From positions 478,036-542,035 of the forward strand of contig NC_019683.1 in NCBI RefSeq assembly GCF_000316605.1: a DNA stretch of 64,000 nt. Reading direction: 5' to 3'. Positions within the stretch are counted from its first letter, which is position 1. Every line of letters starts with the position of its first letter. The DNA comes from [Leptolyngbya] sp. PCC 7376. GTDB lineage: Bacteria; Cyanobacteriota; Cyanobacteriia; Cyanobacteriales; MRBY01. Under the pieces are notes generated by a model, which saw only the letters and a program-made list of their open reading frames with translations, was not told the DNA's origin and searched no databases. Made by a program: the position numbers and the translations under genes. Shown here piece by piece: positions 49,696-60,312 of this stretch.

Positions 49696-50682
49696 TTAGG
49701 CGATCGCCTGTAGATTTTCTTCGATGTGAGCGTTCGGGTCATGGGAGCGGATTTGCTCAATAAAAAAGTCTTCGAGGGTCGGTCGCGCCAATTTTAGATC
49801 CATGAGCTTTGCACCCATCAGATTGAGAGATGCTAAAAAGGCTTGTTGATCACCGACCAGATGCCCATGCCATTTCCCCTCGCGTAACTGTAGATCTGGG
49901 AGCCATTTTTTGAGCTGGGTTTGGTCTCCCCCGCGTACGATGGCTTGATAACGATCTTCTGTCCCCAATAATTCACTCAGAGTACCTGTGCAAATGATTT
50001 CGCCCTTCGACAAAATTGCGAGGCGATCGCAAATTTGTTCGACGTCAGCGAGAATGTGAGAATTAAAAAAGATGGTTTTGCCTTGCTCCTTTAGCGACAA
50101 AATAATTTCCCGCACCTGAAAGCGTCCCAGTGGATCAAGACCAGACATCGGCTCATCGAGGAACACCAAATCTGGGTCATTAATTAATGCCTGTGCCATC
50201 CCAACTCGTTGGAGCATCCCCTTGGAATACTTGCGCATTTGGCGTTTCTTGGCGATTTCTTTTGCCAAACCCACCGTATCCAACAGTGTGTTGATACGTT
50301 TGTGGCGACGCTTCTTGGGGATTTGAAAGAGTGACCCCGTAAAGTCCAAAAATTCCCAAGCCGTTAGATAGTCATAGAAATAGGCATTTTCCGGTAGATA
50401 ACCAATTTTTTCTCTCGTTTGGCGATCGCCGATCGGCTTACCTAGGAGCGTTGCCTGCCCTGCACTTTTCCGAATAATCCCCAACAAAATCTTGAGCATG
50501 GTTGTTTTACCAGCACCGTTAGGCCCCAATAGCCCAAACGTTTCCCCCGGCATCACCTCAAGAGAACAGTTCTTTAGAGATTGACTTGTTTTATTGAGCC
50601 AGAACCCTGTGCGATAAATTTTACTGATACGGTTTGTTGTCAGGATCGCCGCGTTATCTAGGATTCTGGGGTCAGTCTGCAT
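49696..50682 (-). CDS. ABC transporter ATP-binding protein
   Basis: Walker A GPNGAGKTT, signature YSKGMLQR, Walker B LVFLDEP. Confidence 0.85.
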   Translation of the reverse strand: MQTDPRILDNAAILTTNRISKIYRTGFWLNKTSQSLKNCSLEVMPGETFGLLGPNGAGKTTMLKILLGIIRKSAGQATLLGKPIGDRQTREKIGYLPENAYFYDYLTAWEFLDFTGSLFQIPKKRRHKRINTLLDTVGLAKEIAKKRQMRKYSKGMLQRVGMAQALINDPDLVFLDEPMSGLDPLGRFQVREIILSLKEQGKTIFFNSHILADVEQICDRLAILSKGEIICTGTLSELLGTEDRYQAIVRGGDQTQLKKWLPDLQLREGKWHGHLVGDQQAFLASLNLMGAKLMDLKLARPTLEDFFIEQIRSHDPNAHIEENLQAIA

Positions 50683-50830
50683 AGCAATATTTTGTGACGA
50701 ATTGAAACAATTTTTATTAATTTGGCAGAAGCGTTTGAACGAAGCAGTAACATCGCTAAAATGATCACTGGTTGATTATATTAAACCTTAATCAAATCTT
50801 TTTTCGTTGAGAGCTTTAAGAGGAAGATCC

Positions 50831-51184
50831 TTGAAAAAATTACTGGCTATTACTTTAACTGTACTCGTATCCCTTTTCACTTTCAGTACTGCTGCATTTG
50901 CGGCTGATCTTGCTGCTGGTGAACAAGTTTTCACCGCTAACTGTAATGCTTGCCACATCGGTGGTAACAATGCAGTTATGCCCCCCAAAACCCTTAAAGA
51001 AGATGCTCTAAAGGCTAATCTTGAAGGCTACAAAGATGGTTCCAAATCCCTTGCAGACGCTATTGCTTACCAGGTAGAAAATGGTAAGAATGCAATGCCT
51101 GCTTTTGGTGGTCGCCTCCCTGCAGATCAGATCGCTAACGTTGCAGCTTATGTTGCTGATCAAGCTGAAAACAACAAGTGGTAA
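50831..51184 (+). CDS. petJ: cytochrome c6
   Basis: Signal peptide then ADLAAGEQVFTANCNACH (CxxCH) and ...NAMPAF... Met ligand region; TTG start 50831 with AGAGGAAGA RBS assumed (alternative TTG at 50807). Confidence 0.85.
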   Translation: MKKLLAITLTVLVSLFTFSTAAFAADLAAGEQVFTANCNACHIGGNNAVMPPKTLKEDALKANLEGYKDGSKSLADAIAYQVENGKNAMPAFGGRLPADQIANVAAYVADQAENNKW

Positions 51185-51253
51185 ATCGATTTTTCCTGCT
51201 AGTGGATAATCTTTCTTGATCTTCTACTCAGAGAAAAAAATATTTTGATGACC

Positions 51254-51289
51254 AGCTCCTGTCGATCAGGGGCTGATTTTTTTTATTTT
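51254..51289 (+). terminator. rho-independent terminator after petJ
   Basis: cagctcctg-tcgat-caggggctg hairpin followed by 11 T/A-rich U-run (attttttttatttt). Confidence 0.7.
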
Positions 51290-51310
51290 ATTGCTAGTCT
51301 CTTGAGAAGC

Positions 51311-52057
51311 TCAGGATATTGGTCTCGCGACAAATCGCAGCCGGACATAATCAGCGACCCAACCGGCATTGTCTGTATATAAATGAGGTCTCACTTTTTC
51401 TGTGACAGCATCAAGAAAAGTTTGCTGTTGGTTTGGAGTGAGGTCGGCAATCACCTGATCTGCAAAAATCTTTAGCCATGGCTGTACTCCTGCTTTAAGA
51501 GGAGTTGCCCGAGGAATCAATTCCATATAATCAACTTGAAATCCGCCTTCTGCTAAGGCTTTTGTATAGTCTTCTGGGCTGGGAAAATACCAAGGTGATT
51601 GGAACTCTCCAAATTCTGGATTCTCATTAAATACTGCGGCGATCGCCTCTAGCAAACATTGAATATTCCCTGCTCCACCAAACTCTCCGACAAATCTACC
51701 CGTTGGTTTTAATACTTGGTGAACGCCAGCAATCACTGCTTTATAATCCAACATCCAATGCAATGCTGCATTCGTAAATACGGCATCAAATTCCGACTCA
51801 AAAGTTAATACCTCACCATTCATGACTTGGGCATTGAGACCTTTTTGTTGTGCAGCAGCAACCATACTTTCACTAAAATCCACCGCAACCACAGAACTGC
51901 CAGCTTGCTGAATGTGCAGCGCTAACGTGCCATCACCACAGCCTAGATCTAAGATATGCTCACTTGCTTGGGGACTCAGCAAGGCTAAAACAGGTGACCC
52001 AAGTTCTGAGACAAAAGCTGCGTTTTGCCCATATTCGTTTGCTCGCCATGTTTGCAT
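51311..52057 (-). CDS. class-I SAM-dependent methyltransferase (Tam-like)
   Basis: LDLGCGDG motif I, acidic loop VVAVDFS; 248 aa. Confidence 0.8.
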   Translation of the reverse strand: MQTWRANEYGQNAAFVSELGSPVLALLSPQASEHILDLGCGDGTLALHIQQAGSSVVAVDFSESMVAAAQQKGLNAQVMNGEVLTFESEFDAVFTNAALHWMLDYKAVIAGVHQVLKPTGRFVGEFGGAGNIQCLLEAIAAVFNENPEFGEFQSPWYFPSPEDYTKALAEGGFQVDYMELIPRATPLKAGVQPWLKIFADQVIADLTPNQQQTFLDAVTEKVRPHLYTDNAGWVADYVRLRFVARPIS

Positions 52058-52115
52058 AGTGAAACCTACTTATTTTTTATTTCAGAGAGATGGGCGATCG
52101 CCCCGCTTTCAAGTT

Positions 52116-53480
52116 CTAAACTCTAGTGGCTCGGTTACTCGTGCCGCCGCGTTCCACTTCCCGAACCTTCTTACCACGCCAAACAAGACGAATGGGCGTA
52201 CCAGGGAACGCTAAATCTTTACGGAATTGCTTTTCAATATAACGGCGGTAATTATCATTAAATCGCTTCGGATCATTCACAAACAGTGAAATTGTTGGTG
52301 GTTGATTGCGCACTTGTGTGCCGTAATAAATTTTGCCCTGCTTACCTTGGCGAGTGGTTGGTGGGGAGTGCCAGGTTACTGCTTCTTTGATGACTTCGTT
52401 AATAACAGAAGTACTGACACGACGACGGTGAGATTCGGCAGCTTGATCGACGAGGTCTAAAATTTTGTTGACTCGCTGACCCGTCTGAGCACTGATAAAT
52501 AGCATTTCCGCCCATTCCATAAAGAAGAGACGCGCCTGTAATTCTTTCTTGTGCTCATTAATCGTGTAGGTGTCTTTTTCGACAGCATCCCATTTATTCA
52601 CGATCAGCACCACTGCCCGACCTTCTTCAATGATCCGTCCGGCTAATTTAAGGTCTTGCTCTGTTACGCCATCGAGCACATCCACCACAAACAGCACTAC
52701 ATCGGAACGACGAATTGCTTTAAAGGCACGGTTAATACTGAAAAATTCTGCGCCGTAATTGACATTCTTTTTACGGCGAATCCCGGCAGTATCAATCAGT
52801 CGATATTGCTGGTCATTACGCTCGACAAGCATGTCAATGGCATCGCGAGTTGTGCCGGAAATGGGAGAAACGATCGCCCGTTTTTCCCCAGTCATAGCAT
52901 TGAGCAAACTTGATTTACCAACATTTGGACGACCAATAATTGCGACATTAATGGTTGTATCTTCTTCTAAATCACCCATTGCCGGGAGATGTTCAATCAC
53001 CTTATCGAGCATGTCGCCCGTACCACTACCGTGAATGGCAGAGATCGGGAACGGTTCACCCATACCCAATTCCCAAAATTCAGCGGCTTGGGCATAACTC
53101 TGCTCAGCAGATTCACACTTATTTACGGCAATCACAATGGGCACTTTCTGTTGACGCAACCATTCTGCAATTTCGGTATCTGCTGCACTAATACCGTTTT
53201 TACCATCCACTACAAAAATACCAACAGATGCTTCGCTGAGGGCGATCGCCGCCTGCTCGCGAATGAGTGGTAAAAACTCTTCAATATCATCAAAGACGAT
53301 ACCGCCTGTATCCACAATCTGAAAATTGCGATCCTGCCAAAAACCAGGACGATAGGTACGATCACGAGTAATGCCAGGTTCGTCATGGACGATCGCCTGT
53401 TGGTCACCAGCAATACGATTCACAAGGGTCGATTTACCCACGTTGGGACGACCGATTACGGCAATGATAGGGAGCTTCAT
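52116..53480 (-). CDS. der: ribosome-biogenesis GTPase Der (EngA), tandem GTPase domains
   Basis: Two G-domains (GRPNVGKST x2, DTGG/DTAG), KH-like C-terminus, 454 aa. Confidence 0.9.
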   Translation of the reverse strand: MKLPIIAVIGRPNVGKSTLVNRIAGDQQAIVHDEPGITRDRTYRPGFWQDRNFQIVDTGGIVFDDIEEFLPLIREQAAIALSEASVGIFVVDGKNGISAADTEIAEWLRQQKVPIVIAVNKCESAEQSYAQAAEFWELGMGEPFPISAIHGSGTGDMLDKVIEHLPAMGDLEEDTTINVAIIGRPNVGKSSLLNAMTGEKRAIVSPISGTTRDAIDMLVERNDQQYRLIDTAGIRRKKNVNYGAEFFSINRAFKAIRRSDVVLFVVDVLDGVTEQDLKLAGRIIEEGRAVVLIVNKWDAVEKDTYTINEHKKELQARLFFMEWAEMLFISAQTGQRVNKILDLVDQAAESHRRRVSTSVINEVIKEAVTWHSPPTTRQGKQGKIYYGTQVRNQPPTISLFVNDPKRFNDNYRRYIEKQFRKDLAFPGTPIRLVWRGKKVREVERGGTSNRATRV

Positions 53481-53703
53481 AGGATTTCGAGAACTGGTTT
53501 GCGTGCGGAAAAGACTGGATATTTAGGCTGAATTTAATACTGGCAGGACTCGTAGCGTGATTATCCGCTAAAATAGTACTCATGAACTAGCTAGCGTTGC
53601 CAGCGCCTAACTTCTAAATTTTCAGAATAATCAATACTACAGGATTTTTGGTGAGATTGCCATCATCCGCTATCATCTGTTCAGTTTTAAGGAACTATCA
53701 TCT

Positions 53704-54258
53704 ATGTCTGCTGATTACGCGTTGCCTCAGTTGCTACGACCAATTGCTAAATACTTTGGGAGAAAATTCAGCTATGAAGTCAGTCGGATGCGTTTGCCGA
53801 ATGGGACTGTGGGGGAATATGGTTGCGTGCGGCATCCAGGTGGTGCCTTGATCGTGCCTGTGACAGATGATGGCAAGTTGGTTTTGGTAAAGCAATATCG
53901 ATTTGCGATGCAAGGTCGTATTTTTGAGTTTCCGGCTGGCACGATTGAGGATGGTGAAGAATCTCTCGATACAGTGAAGCATGAGTTACCAGAAGAAGCT
54001 GGCTATGACGCAAAAAACTGGCAATTCCTCGGTAAATTCCCAATTTGTCCTGGCTATTCAGATGAGTGGATTTTCTCTTATTTAGCAACGGGTCTAACAA
54101 AGCTTGAAAATCCTCCAGCTCAGGATGAGGATGAGGATATCGAAGTCGTTTTGTGGACACCTGCTGAATTTGAAGAGGCGATCAAGCGCGGCGATCGTAT
54201 CGATGCAAAAACCATTGCAAGTTTCTATTTAGCGAAATCACTTCTCGATACTCTCTAA
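53704..54258 (+). CDS. NUDIX hydrolase (ADP-ribose pyrophosphatase-like)
   Basis: Nudix box GTIEDGEESLDTVKHELPEEAGY (Gx5Ex7REUxEExGU-like). Confidence 0.8.
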   Translation: MSADYALPQLLRPIAKYFGRKFSYEVSRMRLPNGTVGEYGCVRHPGGALIVPVTDDGKLVLVKQYRFAMQGRIFEFPAGTIEDGEESLDTVKHELPEEAGYDAKNWQFLGKFPICPGYSDEWIFSYLATGLTKLENPPAQDEDEDIEVVLWTPAEFEEAIKRGDRIDAKTIASFYLAKSLLDTL

Positions 54259-54484
54259 GGTGTAGAAGTTAAGAGGTGATCGCCAACTAGATGCCGTTAG
54301 ATTTTGAAATTCACCATGCTCAGAGTATGGTGAGTTTCACTTTTGAAATATTTGCAAATGGCAACTCGGATAAAAAAAGAGACCTACCTAAACGTCAGAT
54401 AAGTCCCGATATATTGCACAAAGCGAAAACTCTATTTCAACTATTTGTGGCGTAAGTTAAGCCACCCCAATCATCGCATTTGCT

Positions 54485-54718
54485 TTAGAAATCGTCTACC
54501 GGAATAGGTTTAAGTTGGAAGCGAAACCGGTAGCGCATTAAGACCAATAGGCAAAGTAAATGTAAGCCCCAGTGGGTGGTTGCAAAGCCCCAAATAATGC
54601 AGACTGCGGCGGCTGAGATAGCAAGAAGTTTCATGACTTCATGATCAGATGATTGATAAAGATAAACGCTCGCTAGGGCGATCACCCAGAGAAATGCGAT
54701 CAATAAAAAACTCACCAT
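54485..54718 (-). CDS. small 2-TM membrane protein, hypothetical
   Basis: 77-aa hydrophobic ORF. Confidence 0.3.
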   Translation of the reverse strand: MVSFLLIAFLWVIALASVYLYQSSDHEVMKLLAISAAAVCIIWGFATTHWGLHLLCLLVLMRYRFRFQLKPIPVDDF

Positions 54719-54913
54719 GCTGTTGCCTCCGCATCTTCCGAAAACTGCAAGTCAACTGTTAGAAAAACTGCGATTGTTCAGCTTCACTTGTTCTTCACAT
54801 TAGCATTGCTTATGAAGCGTTTTCGTAAAGAGCAGTACTTTTGAAAAGAGTTTTAAGAAAAGTACATAGTTAGTGGCTCAGGTGGCATTATTTGGTCATA
54901 AACCAATTGGGGA

Positions 54914-56383
54914 TCAAGATAAAAGAGCAACTTTTGCTTTGGAGTCAATAAACTCTGTAACCCATTGTTTGAGATGATGAGTCGCCCGACAATCATCTTC
55001 GTTGTAGCGAATGATCGCATCTAAAAGTTGGCGATCGCCCGTTTCAAGCCAGGTGTCATACCAACAAACTGTTTGATCTCCGCTGACTCCCGCTTCATAC
55101 CAGCGATAACCTAAGGAATTAGCAAGGGATTTTAGAGAATAACTCTCGACAGGGAAGATGAGATATTTAGTAACCCATTGGTGAATATCCATTAACCGAC
55201 TCACAATACTTTGTATGTCGTTGGAATGTGTGCCATATTTTTTGCCGAGGCGATTGAGAGTATCTCGCTCATAAGGGGAAAAATGGTAGATCGGTGCAGT
55301 GGGGAATTGTTGCACAAACTCTACAAACTCATGCCAAATTTTTTCTTCTTCGTCTAAAGTTTCGGCGACAAAAGCATAAAATTTTTCGACTTGATTGCGA
55401 TGGTCGACAAAATAAACACCGAGCAAATAATCAACATTGCGGTCAGGTTCTGCTTCGATATCAAAAAAGAGTTCAACATCCTGTTTGGGGAGAGGCTGCA
55501 CTTTATTCGGACGATTAATCCGCCATGCCACTTCTTTATGGACAATTGCGCGAGCCTGCTGTTGCAGTTGCATTGCGATATCGGCACCGAGATGTTGACC
55601 GAGATGTTTCGGAGAGGTTTTTGCGAGGGTTTCGATGCTATCAATGCCCATGATTTGCAGAGATTCGTAGCGATTGGGGGTGACACCAGGGACAAGAGAA
55701 AGGTGTTGGTCGGCTTGGGCGATCGCATAGCAATGATTATGCCAAGAGCAGAGATGGCAGCGTTGCCGTGAGATAAAAACTTCCGGTTCTATTGGATGAC
55801 TGAGGACTTTGACACAGTCAGTAATTGTTTGCTGGAGTTTCTCTGACCAAAGCTCCATGTCAACTTTGTGAGGCCGGCGCGATCGCAAAATTACTTGAGT
55901 TAGCCGTGGCGATCGCCCTTGAATATTTTCGAGCAAAAAACTGTAAAGCATCGAGGTGAGCTTATATTCAGGCTTTGGTTTTTGACCAAGCTTGACACTC
56001 ACAGATCGATAATGCCATTTGCCCCAACGCGATTCACCCACTTGCCGCAACAATACTGTCGGTTTGCCAATCAGAGTGAGCTGTTCAATCTCTGTCCCTT
56101 CCCACCCATCGAAATGATGCAGCAACACACCTTTATATATGCACTCCACCCCTTCCGCCATGAGCGCTTCCGTTTCCTGCGCCCGCGTTTCCCAGTCCTT
56201 TGATTGCGGCTGGCTATAAGGACGTTGACCTAAATATGCGTCGATTTGCAGTTGGTTTTCCTTGCGGAGCTTCATCAAAAAATCTTTTTCCGAAGACTTT
56301 TCGCGGCGATCGCCATACAGATTCAGAAAAGCTCGCCGCTCGCACCGCTTAAAATTCAACAACAAATCATCGGTCAATAACAT
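54914..56383 (-). CDS. TM0106-family RecB/Cas4-like nuclease
   Basis: N-terminus MLLTDDLLLNFKRCERRAFLN typical of the family; Cys cluster CHLCSWHNHC; 489 aa. Confidence 0.7.
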   Translation of the reverse strand: MLLTDDLLLNFKRCERRAFLNLYGDRREKSSEKDFLMKLRKENQLQIDAYLGQRPYSQPQSKDWETRAQETEALMAEGVECIYKGVLLHHFDGWEGTEIEQLTLIGKPTVLLRQVGESRWGKWHYRSVSVKLGQKPKPEYKLTSMLYSFLLENIQGRSPRLTQVILRSRRPHKVDMELWSEKLQQTITDCVKVLSHPIEPEVFISRQRCHLCSWHNHCYAIAQADQHLSLVPGVTPNRYESLQIMGIDSIETLAKTSPKHLGQHLGADIAMQLQQQARAIVHKEVAWRINRPNKVQPLPKQDVELFFDIEAEPDRNVDYLLGVYFVDHRNQVEKFYAFVAETLDEEEKIWHEFVEFVQQFPTAPIYHFSPYERDTLNRLGKKYGTHSNDIQSIVSRLMDIHQWVTKYLIFPVESYSLKSLANSLGYRWYEAGVSGDQTVCWYDTWLETGDRQLLDAIIRYNEDDCRATHHLKQWVTEFIDSKAKVALLS

Positions 56384-56599
56384 GAAGCTTTAGTCATAAA
56401 AAGTCTTCCTTGGAAAATAACACATTCAAATGAGTCAGTAAAAATACCTTCCGATCCCCCCAAACTCTGAAGGGTTAACAAATATAATCGGCGATCACCC
56501 CAAACATAGAAAACTCAATACTTACCTCGTGTACAAATCACCCAGATCTAAACAGCAACTAGTCGTTTCTAAACACACACATATCCTAGATAGATCCCC

Positions 56600-56905
56600 T
56601 TAAGCAGATTCATCAAAACGACTTTTGAAACTGCCTTTCTGATACCAATATTGCTTTAAAGCATGGTGTGGTGTATGTAAGCTGGCCTTCGCTTGGTATA
56701 ACAAAATTCGACGATGAGTTCCGATCCAAACCCGTTTCAAAGGCTCAACTGAAATCAAAGTGCCGCCCAAACTTTCGACACATTGCTCAAATCGTTCAAT
56801 CGTTGAATAATCAAGTGTTTCAAAAATAAAAAAATTACCGGAACAAATCAAGTGACGACTCCGAATCCAAGCTTTCATTTTTTTGTTGGCAACCGGAGGT
56901 AGCAT
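56600..56905 (-). CDS. hypothetical 101-aa protein; positional candidate for CpeR-type activator
   Basis: Small ORF at the distal end of the cpeC-D-E-S-T gene string, the position cpeR occupies in cpeCDESTR operons; no sequence motif verified. Confidence 0.35.
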   Translation of the reverse strand: MLPPVANKKMKAWIRSRHLICSGNFFIFETLDYSTIERFEQCVESLGGTLISVEPLKRVWIGTHRRILLYQAKASLHTPHHALKQYWYQKGSFKSRFDESA

Positions 56906-57090
56906 CGCAATCCCAAGTCAAGTCACTAAGCTATCTAAACGCGAGTTAAAAATAAAATCATCAAACAATATGATAGCGACTTTTCTTCCTCAAAGTGGAC
57001 TGTTTTTCAGAATATCTATCTAGACAATTTTCAAACATTGATTGAATCGTTTTAATCTGTAAATAATGACCAAATAAAAAACAGGTTAAC

Positions 57091-57717
57091 CTAATAATTC
57101 TCTAGAACTTCAGTTGCATAAGAATCTGTTTTGTCGAATTCTAAAGGCCCAATAGCTGAGCCCCAGACTTGTTCATCAGTATCTACATCTAAACCTCGAT
57201 CCCACCCAATAAAGCTTGTCTCCGTAAAACGTGCATCGCTCACCAAATAAGTTCTTTTCCCACGCTTTTCGATTACACAACATTTCCCTTCTACTCGACC
57301 TTGAAAACCATTATTTTCAGGCCGAAAGATCATTGAGCAATTACAGCGGCGTTCGATTACCTCTGGTTTAATACTGCGGAGGATATCTAGATTGCGACCA
57401 GCACCAGCATAGAGCAAAGCATCTTTGAGACTATAGTTTTCGATATAAACCTCATCGCCATGGGGTACGAACCGATGAATGCCTTGGCGGTAAGGTAACC
57501 AGAGATCATAGTCATAGACTTGCTCTGAATAAAACCCAATGCCATTAAAAAATTCCCAGGGCAAAGGGCGAAAGAAAACACGGATGTGGGCGTAATTTTT
57601 TGAATCAGCAAAAGATTGCTTTTGGTTGCTAAATCCACCGGCCATGGTGCGCGCCAGAGAATACATTAATGTCTGCTCTGCTGGAGAGGGACTTTTTTTA
57701 TCGACTTGATAAACCAT
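57091..57717 (-). CDS. cpeT: phycobilin lyase CpcT/CpeT family
   Basis: DUF1001-type beta-barrel sequence (…AGGFSNQKQSFADSKNYAHIRVFFRPLPWEFFNGIGFYSEQ…). Confidence 0.85.
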   Translation of the reverse strand: MVYQVDKKSPSPAEQTLMYSLARTMAGGFSNQKQSFADSKNYAHIRVFFRPLPWEFFNGIGFYSEQVYDYDLWLPYRQGIHRFVPHGDEVYIENYSLKDALLYAGAGRNLDILRSIKPEVIERRCNCSMIFRPENNGFQGRVEGKCCVIEKRGKRTYLVSDARFTETSFIGWDRGLDVDTDEQVWGSAIGPLEFDKTDSYATEVLENY

Positions 57718-57750
57718 AGCTACAGTCAGTTTTAAGTATTTTTAAAATAA

Positions 57751-58284
57751 TTAGGCTGTCGCTTCTTCGCGAATTTCTGATGAAAAAGAAGCTGTCACGA
57801 CACCACTACCCGCACTTGTTTTAATCAATGAGACTCGCATTCTGAAATTAGGATTTGCGAACCAAATTCTCTCTTCTGCTGCGGCACGATCATATGTTGT
57901 CTTTAAAACAAATGCACCATCTTGATCGAAGTAATATTCACCGGCAGAGCTAATTGTTTCAGCATATCCTTGATCACGTAATAACTTTCCTTTTTGAGAA
58001 TCTGTTGTATCAGGGATCGGAATTAGAATTGTTGTGCCAGAAAAGGTTTCATCGTCATCCCAGTCAGATTCTCCTTCCCAGCTCATCCGAAATGGTGTCG
58101 CTGTAACTTCTGGGTCTATATCGTAGGTTTTGCAAAGAGCAATAACGTCAGGATTTTCTTTCGGGAGAGGTTCGATATTAATTGTCGATGTCACCTGTTC
58201 AAAGTGACCGAAGGCAAGATGGTGAGCACTACGCTGCGATCGCCACTGACCGAGCGAACTCTCTACAAATTTTTCTATATCCAT
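57751..58284 (-). CDS. cpeS: phycobilin lyase CpcS/CpeS family
   Basis: N-terminal FVESSLGQWRSQRSAHH motif of S-type lyases; 177 aa. Confidence 0.8.
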   Translation of the reverse strand: MDIEKFVESSLGQWRSQRSAHHLAFGHFEQVTSTINIEPLPKENPDVIALCKTYDIDPEVTATPFRMSWEGESDWDDDETFSGTTILIPIPDTTDSQKGKLLRDQGYAETISSAGEYYFDQDGAFVLKTTYDRAAAEERIWFANPNFRMRVSLIKTSAGSGVVTASFSSEIREEATA

Positions 58285-58526
58285 AAAAATCTTAAAAAAG
58301 AATTAAAAATCGACTTTTGTTTTGACTAAATTGCCAGGTTTTTAAAAGGAATTATTATAAAAATATTTCTTTAGTTTAAATTAATGGCGATGCTTTTGCG
58401 AAGGATATGTCGTAATATTCCGCAATATAAAAAACGGACTACCGAAATAGTCCGCTGCATTTGGATCCGCAATACTTGTGAGATGAGTGCAATCTAAAAC
58501 AAGTTCAGAATTGCTTAAACAGAAAT

Positions 58527-59294
58527 TTACGCGACTTCGGTGATCCCGAGAATAGTGCCGCCTGCCTTCTGGATGTTTTGAATGTTACGAGAGAGCTGCT
58601 TGTAGTTGACTTCGATGTAAGTCTTGCTCAACTTCTTGACAGGAGTTGTACCTGCGCCAGCAATGTCGATGCGGAAGCGCTTGTTTGTTGCGCCTGTTGC
58701 ACCACCGCGGGAGCTTGCAACTTTAACTTCTTGGGGAAGGTTACCTGCAATGCTGCCAACGAGTGCTGCATCACCACCGCGATCGCTAGTTGCATAGCCA
58801 CCAAGGAGGGAAACAGTTTGATTGAACGTATTGTTCTTAAAGCCAGTTTGAGTGCTGATTGTACGGGGATAAGGTACAACGTTTTCACCGAAAGCATTAG
58901 CGTATTCTTCGCTATCGATATAAGAATCGATATCAGCGCTATAGCCTTCTGTGGTGTAAGTTGTGACGTGCTCAGAGATTTCGCCTTGACCTTCAGGTGC
59001 ACGACCGAGCAGATGTTTGAAGTTTAGTTCAATGCTGCGGTAAGCAGGGCTGCCTTCGAAGAAGAGACTCTGATAAAAATCAGACTGAGCAACTGTGCGG
59101 ACAAAGTCACGGACAGTGATGTCACCGTTGCGAAGCATGGACTCTGCACTTTCAAATGCTTGTGCAGAGAGAACATGAACGTTGCCGAGGACCTGCTTGT
59201 AGATTGCGCGGATAACGACTTGCAGTTCGTCTTCAGTCGCGTTGTCGCGGAGCTCGACGGGGGCACCCGTAAAGCCAGCTGTTAAAGTCGACAT
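58527..59294 (-). CDS. cpeE: phycobilisome rod linker polypeptide (PBS-linker domain + C-terminal CpcD domain), CpeE-like
   Basis: VIRAIYKQVLGN...ELNFKHLLGR...DSYIDSEEY linker domain; C-terminal KRFRIDIAG...GGTILGITEV CpcD domain. Confidence 0.8.
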   Translation of the reverse strand: MSTLTAGFTGAPVELRDNATEDELQVVIRAIYKQVLGNVHVLSAQAFESAESMLRNGDITVRDFVRTVAQSDFYQSLFFEGSPAYRSIELNFKHLLGRAPEGQGEISEHVTTYTTEGYSADIDSYIDSEEYANAFGENVVPYPRTISTQTGFKNNTFNQTVSLLGGYATSDRGGDAALVGSIAGNLPQEVKVASSRGGATGATNKRFRIDIAGAGTTPVKKLSKTYIEVNYKQLSRNIQNIQKAGGTILGITEVA

Positions 59295-59375
59295 TCGTTG
59301 TCTCCTAAAGTATTAGTGATTTTTTAAAAGGTTGTTTATGCTGCCAATTTGCAGGGGCAATGGAAATAAATCGCC

Positions 59376-60110
59376 TTACAAATTGATGATTTCAAATGCA
59401 GCAAGGGCAACTGAAACTGTTCCCAGTAAAAGTAGCCCAGCACCACCGTAGGTGATGATTTTGCCGACAACACTGACCCAAGTAGGTGCCACCCAAGGCT
59501 TGTCTACAAAAGGAATATCACCGAAGTAGCCTTGTGCAATTAGGCGATCACGGTGATCGTTGCCATAGCGTGGCATCCGAGCAATGGGAGACTCTCCCTG
59601 GAGTTGCTGCGGCAAAATACGACGTCTTTGGTAGGGTACTGTGTCGAGCCCAAAATTATCCAGATACTCGTCACTATTGAGCAGGTCATTCACAAAACCC
59701 TGCATGCCTTTGGTCGCAATGACGATGGACCAAGCAATTTTTTCCTGCTCGTTGTAGACTTCTCGTCCTAGCACTCGCTGAACGCACATCTGGACAAGAC
59801 GATAATTATTGTTGACATCAACATTACGTTGACGGAATGAATCGGATAGCAGGAGACCTTGAATAAAGTCTCTAACCGTAATCTGTTTATTTTTGAGCTG
59901 GGATTCCAATTCGCGCTTGCGGTTCGCAACTAACATCTGTTGCTCGTTGAAAATCTGGCGATATGCAGCTCTAATTACTAACTCGATCTCTAAGCTCGAT
60001 GATGTATTTTCGACATTGAAAAATTGAGATTGTTCTTCACCAGCGACTTCAAAGCCTTTTACTCTATGGTTTCGGCTGTTTGGCGCGTAATCAAGTCGAG
60101 GAATAGCCAT
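59376..60110 (-). CDS. cpcL: CpcG-family rod-core linker with hydrophobic C-terminal membrane anchor (CpcL/CpcG2-type)
   Basis: MAIPRLDYAPNSRNHRVKGFEV CpcG N-terminus; PBS-linker domain; C-terminal WVSVVGKIITYGGAGLLLLGTVSVALAAF TM helix. Confidence 0.8.
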   Translation of the reverse strand: MAIPRLDYAPNSRNHRVKGFEVAGEEQSQFFNVENTSSSLEIELVIRAAYRQIFNEQQMLVANRKRELESQLKNKQITVRDFIQGLLLSDSFRQRNVDVNNNYRLVQMCVQRVLGREVYNEQEKIAWSIVIATKGMQGFVNDLLNSDEYLDNFGLDTVPYQRRRILPQQLQGESPIARMPRYGNDHRDRLIAQGYFGDIPFVDKPWVAPTWVSVVGKIITYGGAGLLLLGTVSVALAAFEIINL

Positions 60111-60312
60111 GGTGTTAAAAATTTAAATTTTTATAAAAAGGGGTCGGTACAGGCATGGGTAGCAATTGGCGATCGCCCCTAAAGGCAATGAATAATCTAA
60201 TGAATTCGTTGTCGAGAGCGGCGATCACCAACGACTAAACCCATGCTCAATGTGGGGTTTGCCTAGTTATCCTGACCAATATCGATTGAACACAACCGAA
60301 ACAGGACAATAA

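Noticed and set aside
52570-53273. Several plus-strand ORFs within der
   Set aside because: Antisense to the conserved Der GTPase gene; no domains.
57062-57085. Possible terminator after cpeT (AGGTTAACCT palindrome + T-run on minus strand)
   Set aside because: The 10-nt palindrome can form only a 3-4-bp stem; too weak to call, although the U-run is good.
58578-59027. Cys-rich 149-aa plus-strand ORF and other antisense ORFs inside linker genes (58.5-61.9 kb)
   Set aside because: Antisense to phycobilisome linker genes with clear Pfam-type signatures; no independent support.
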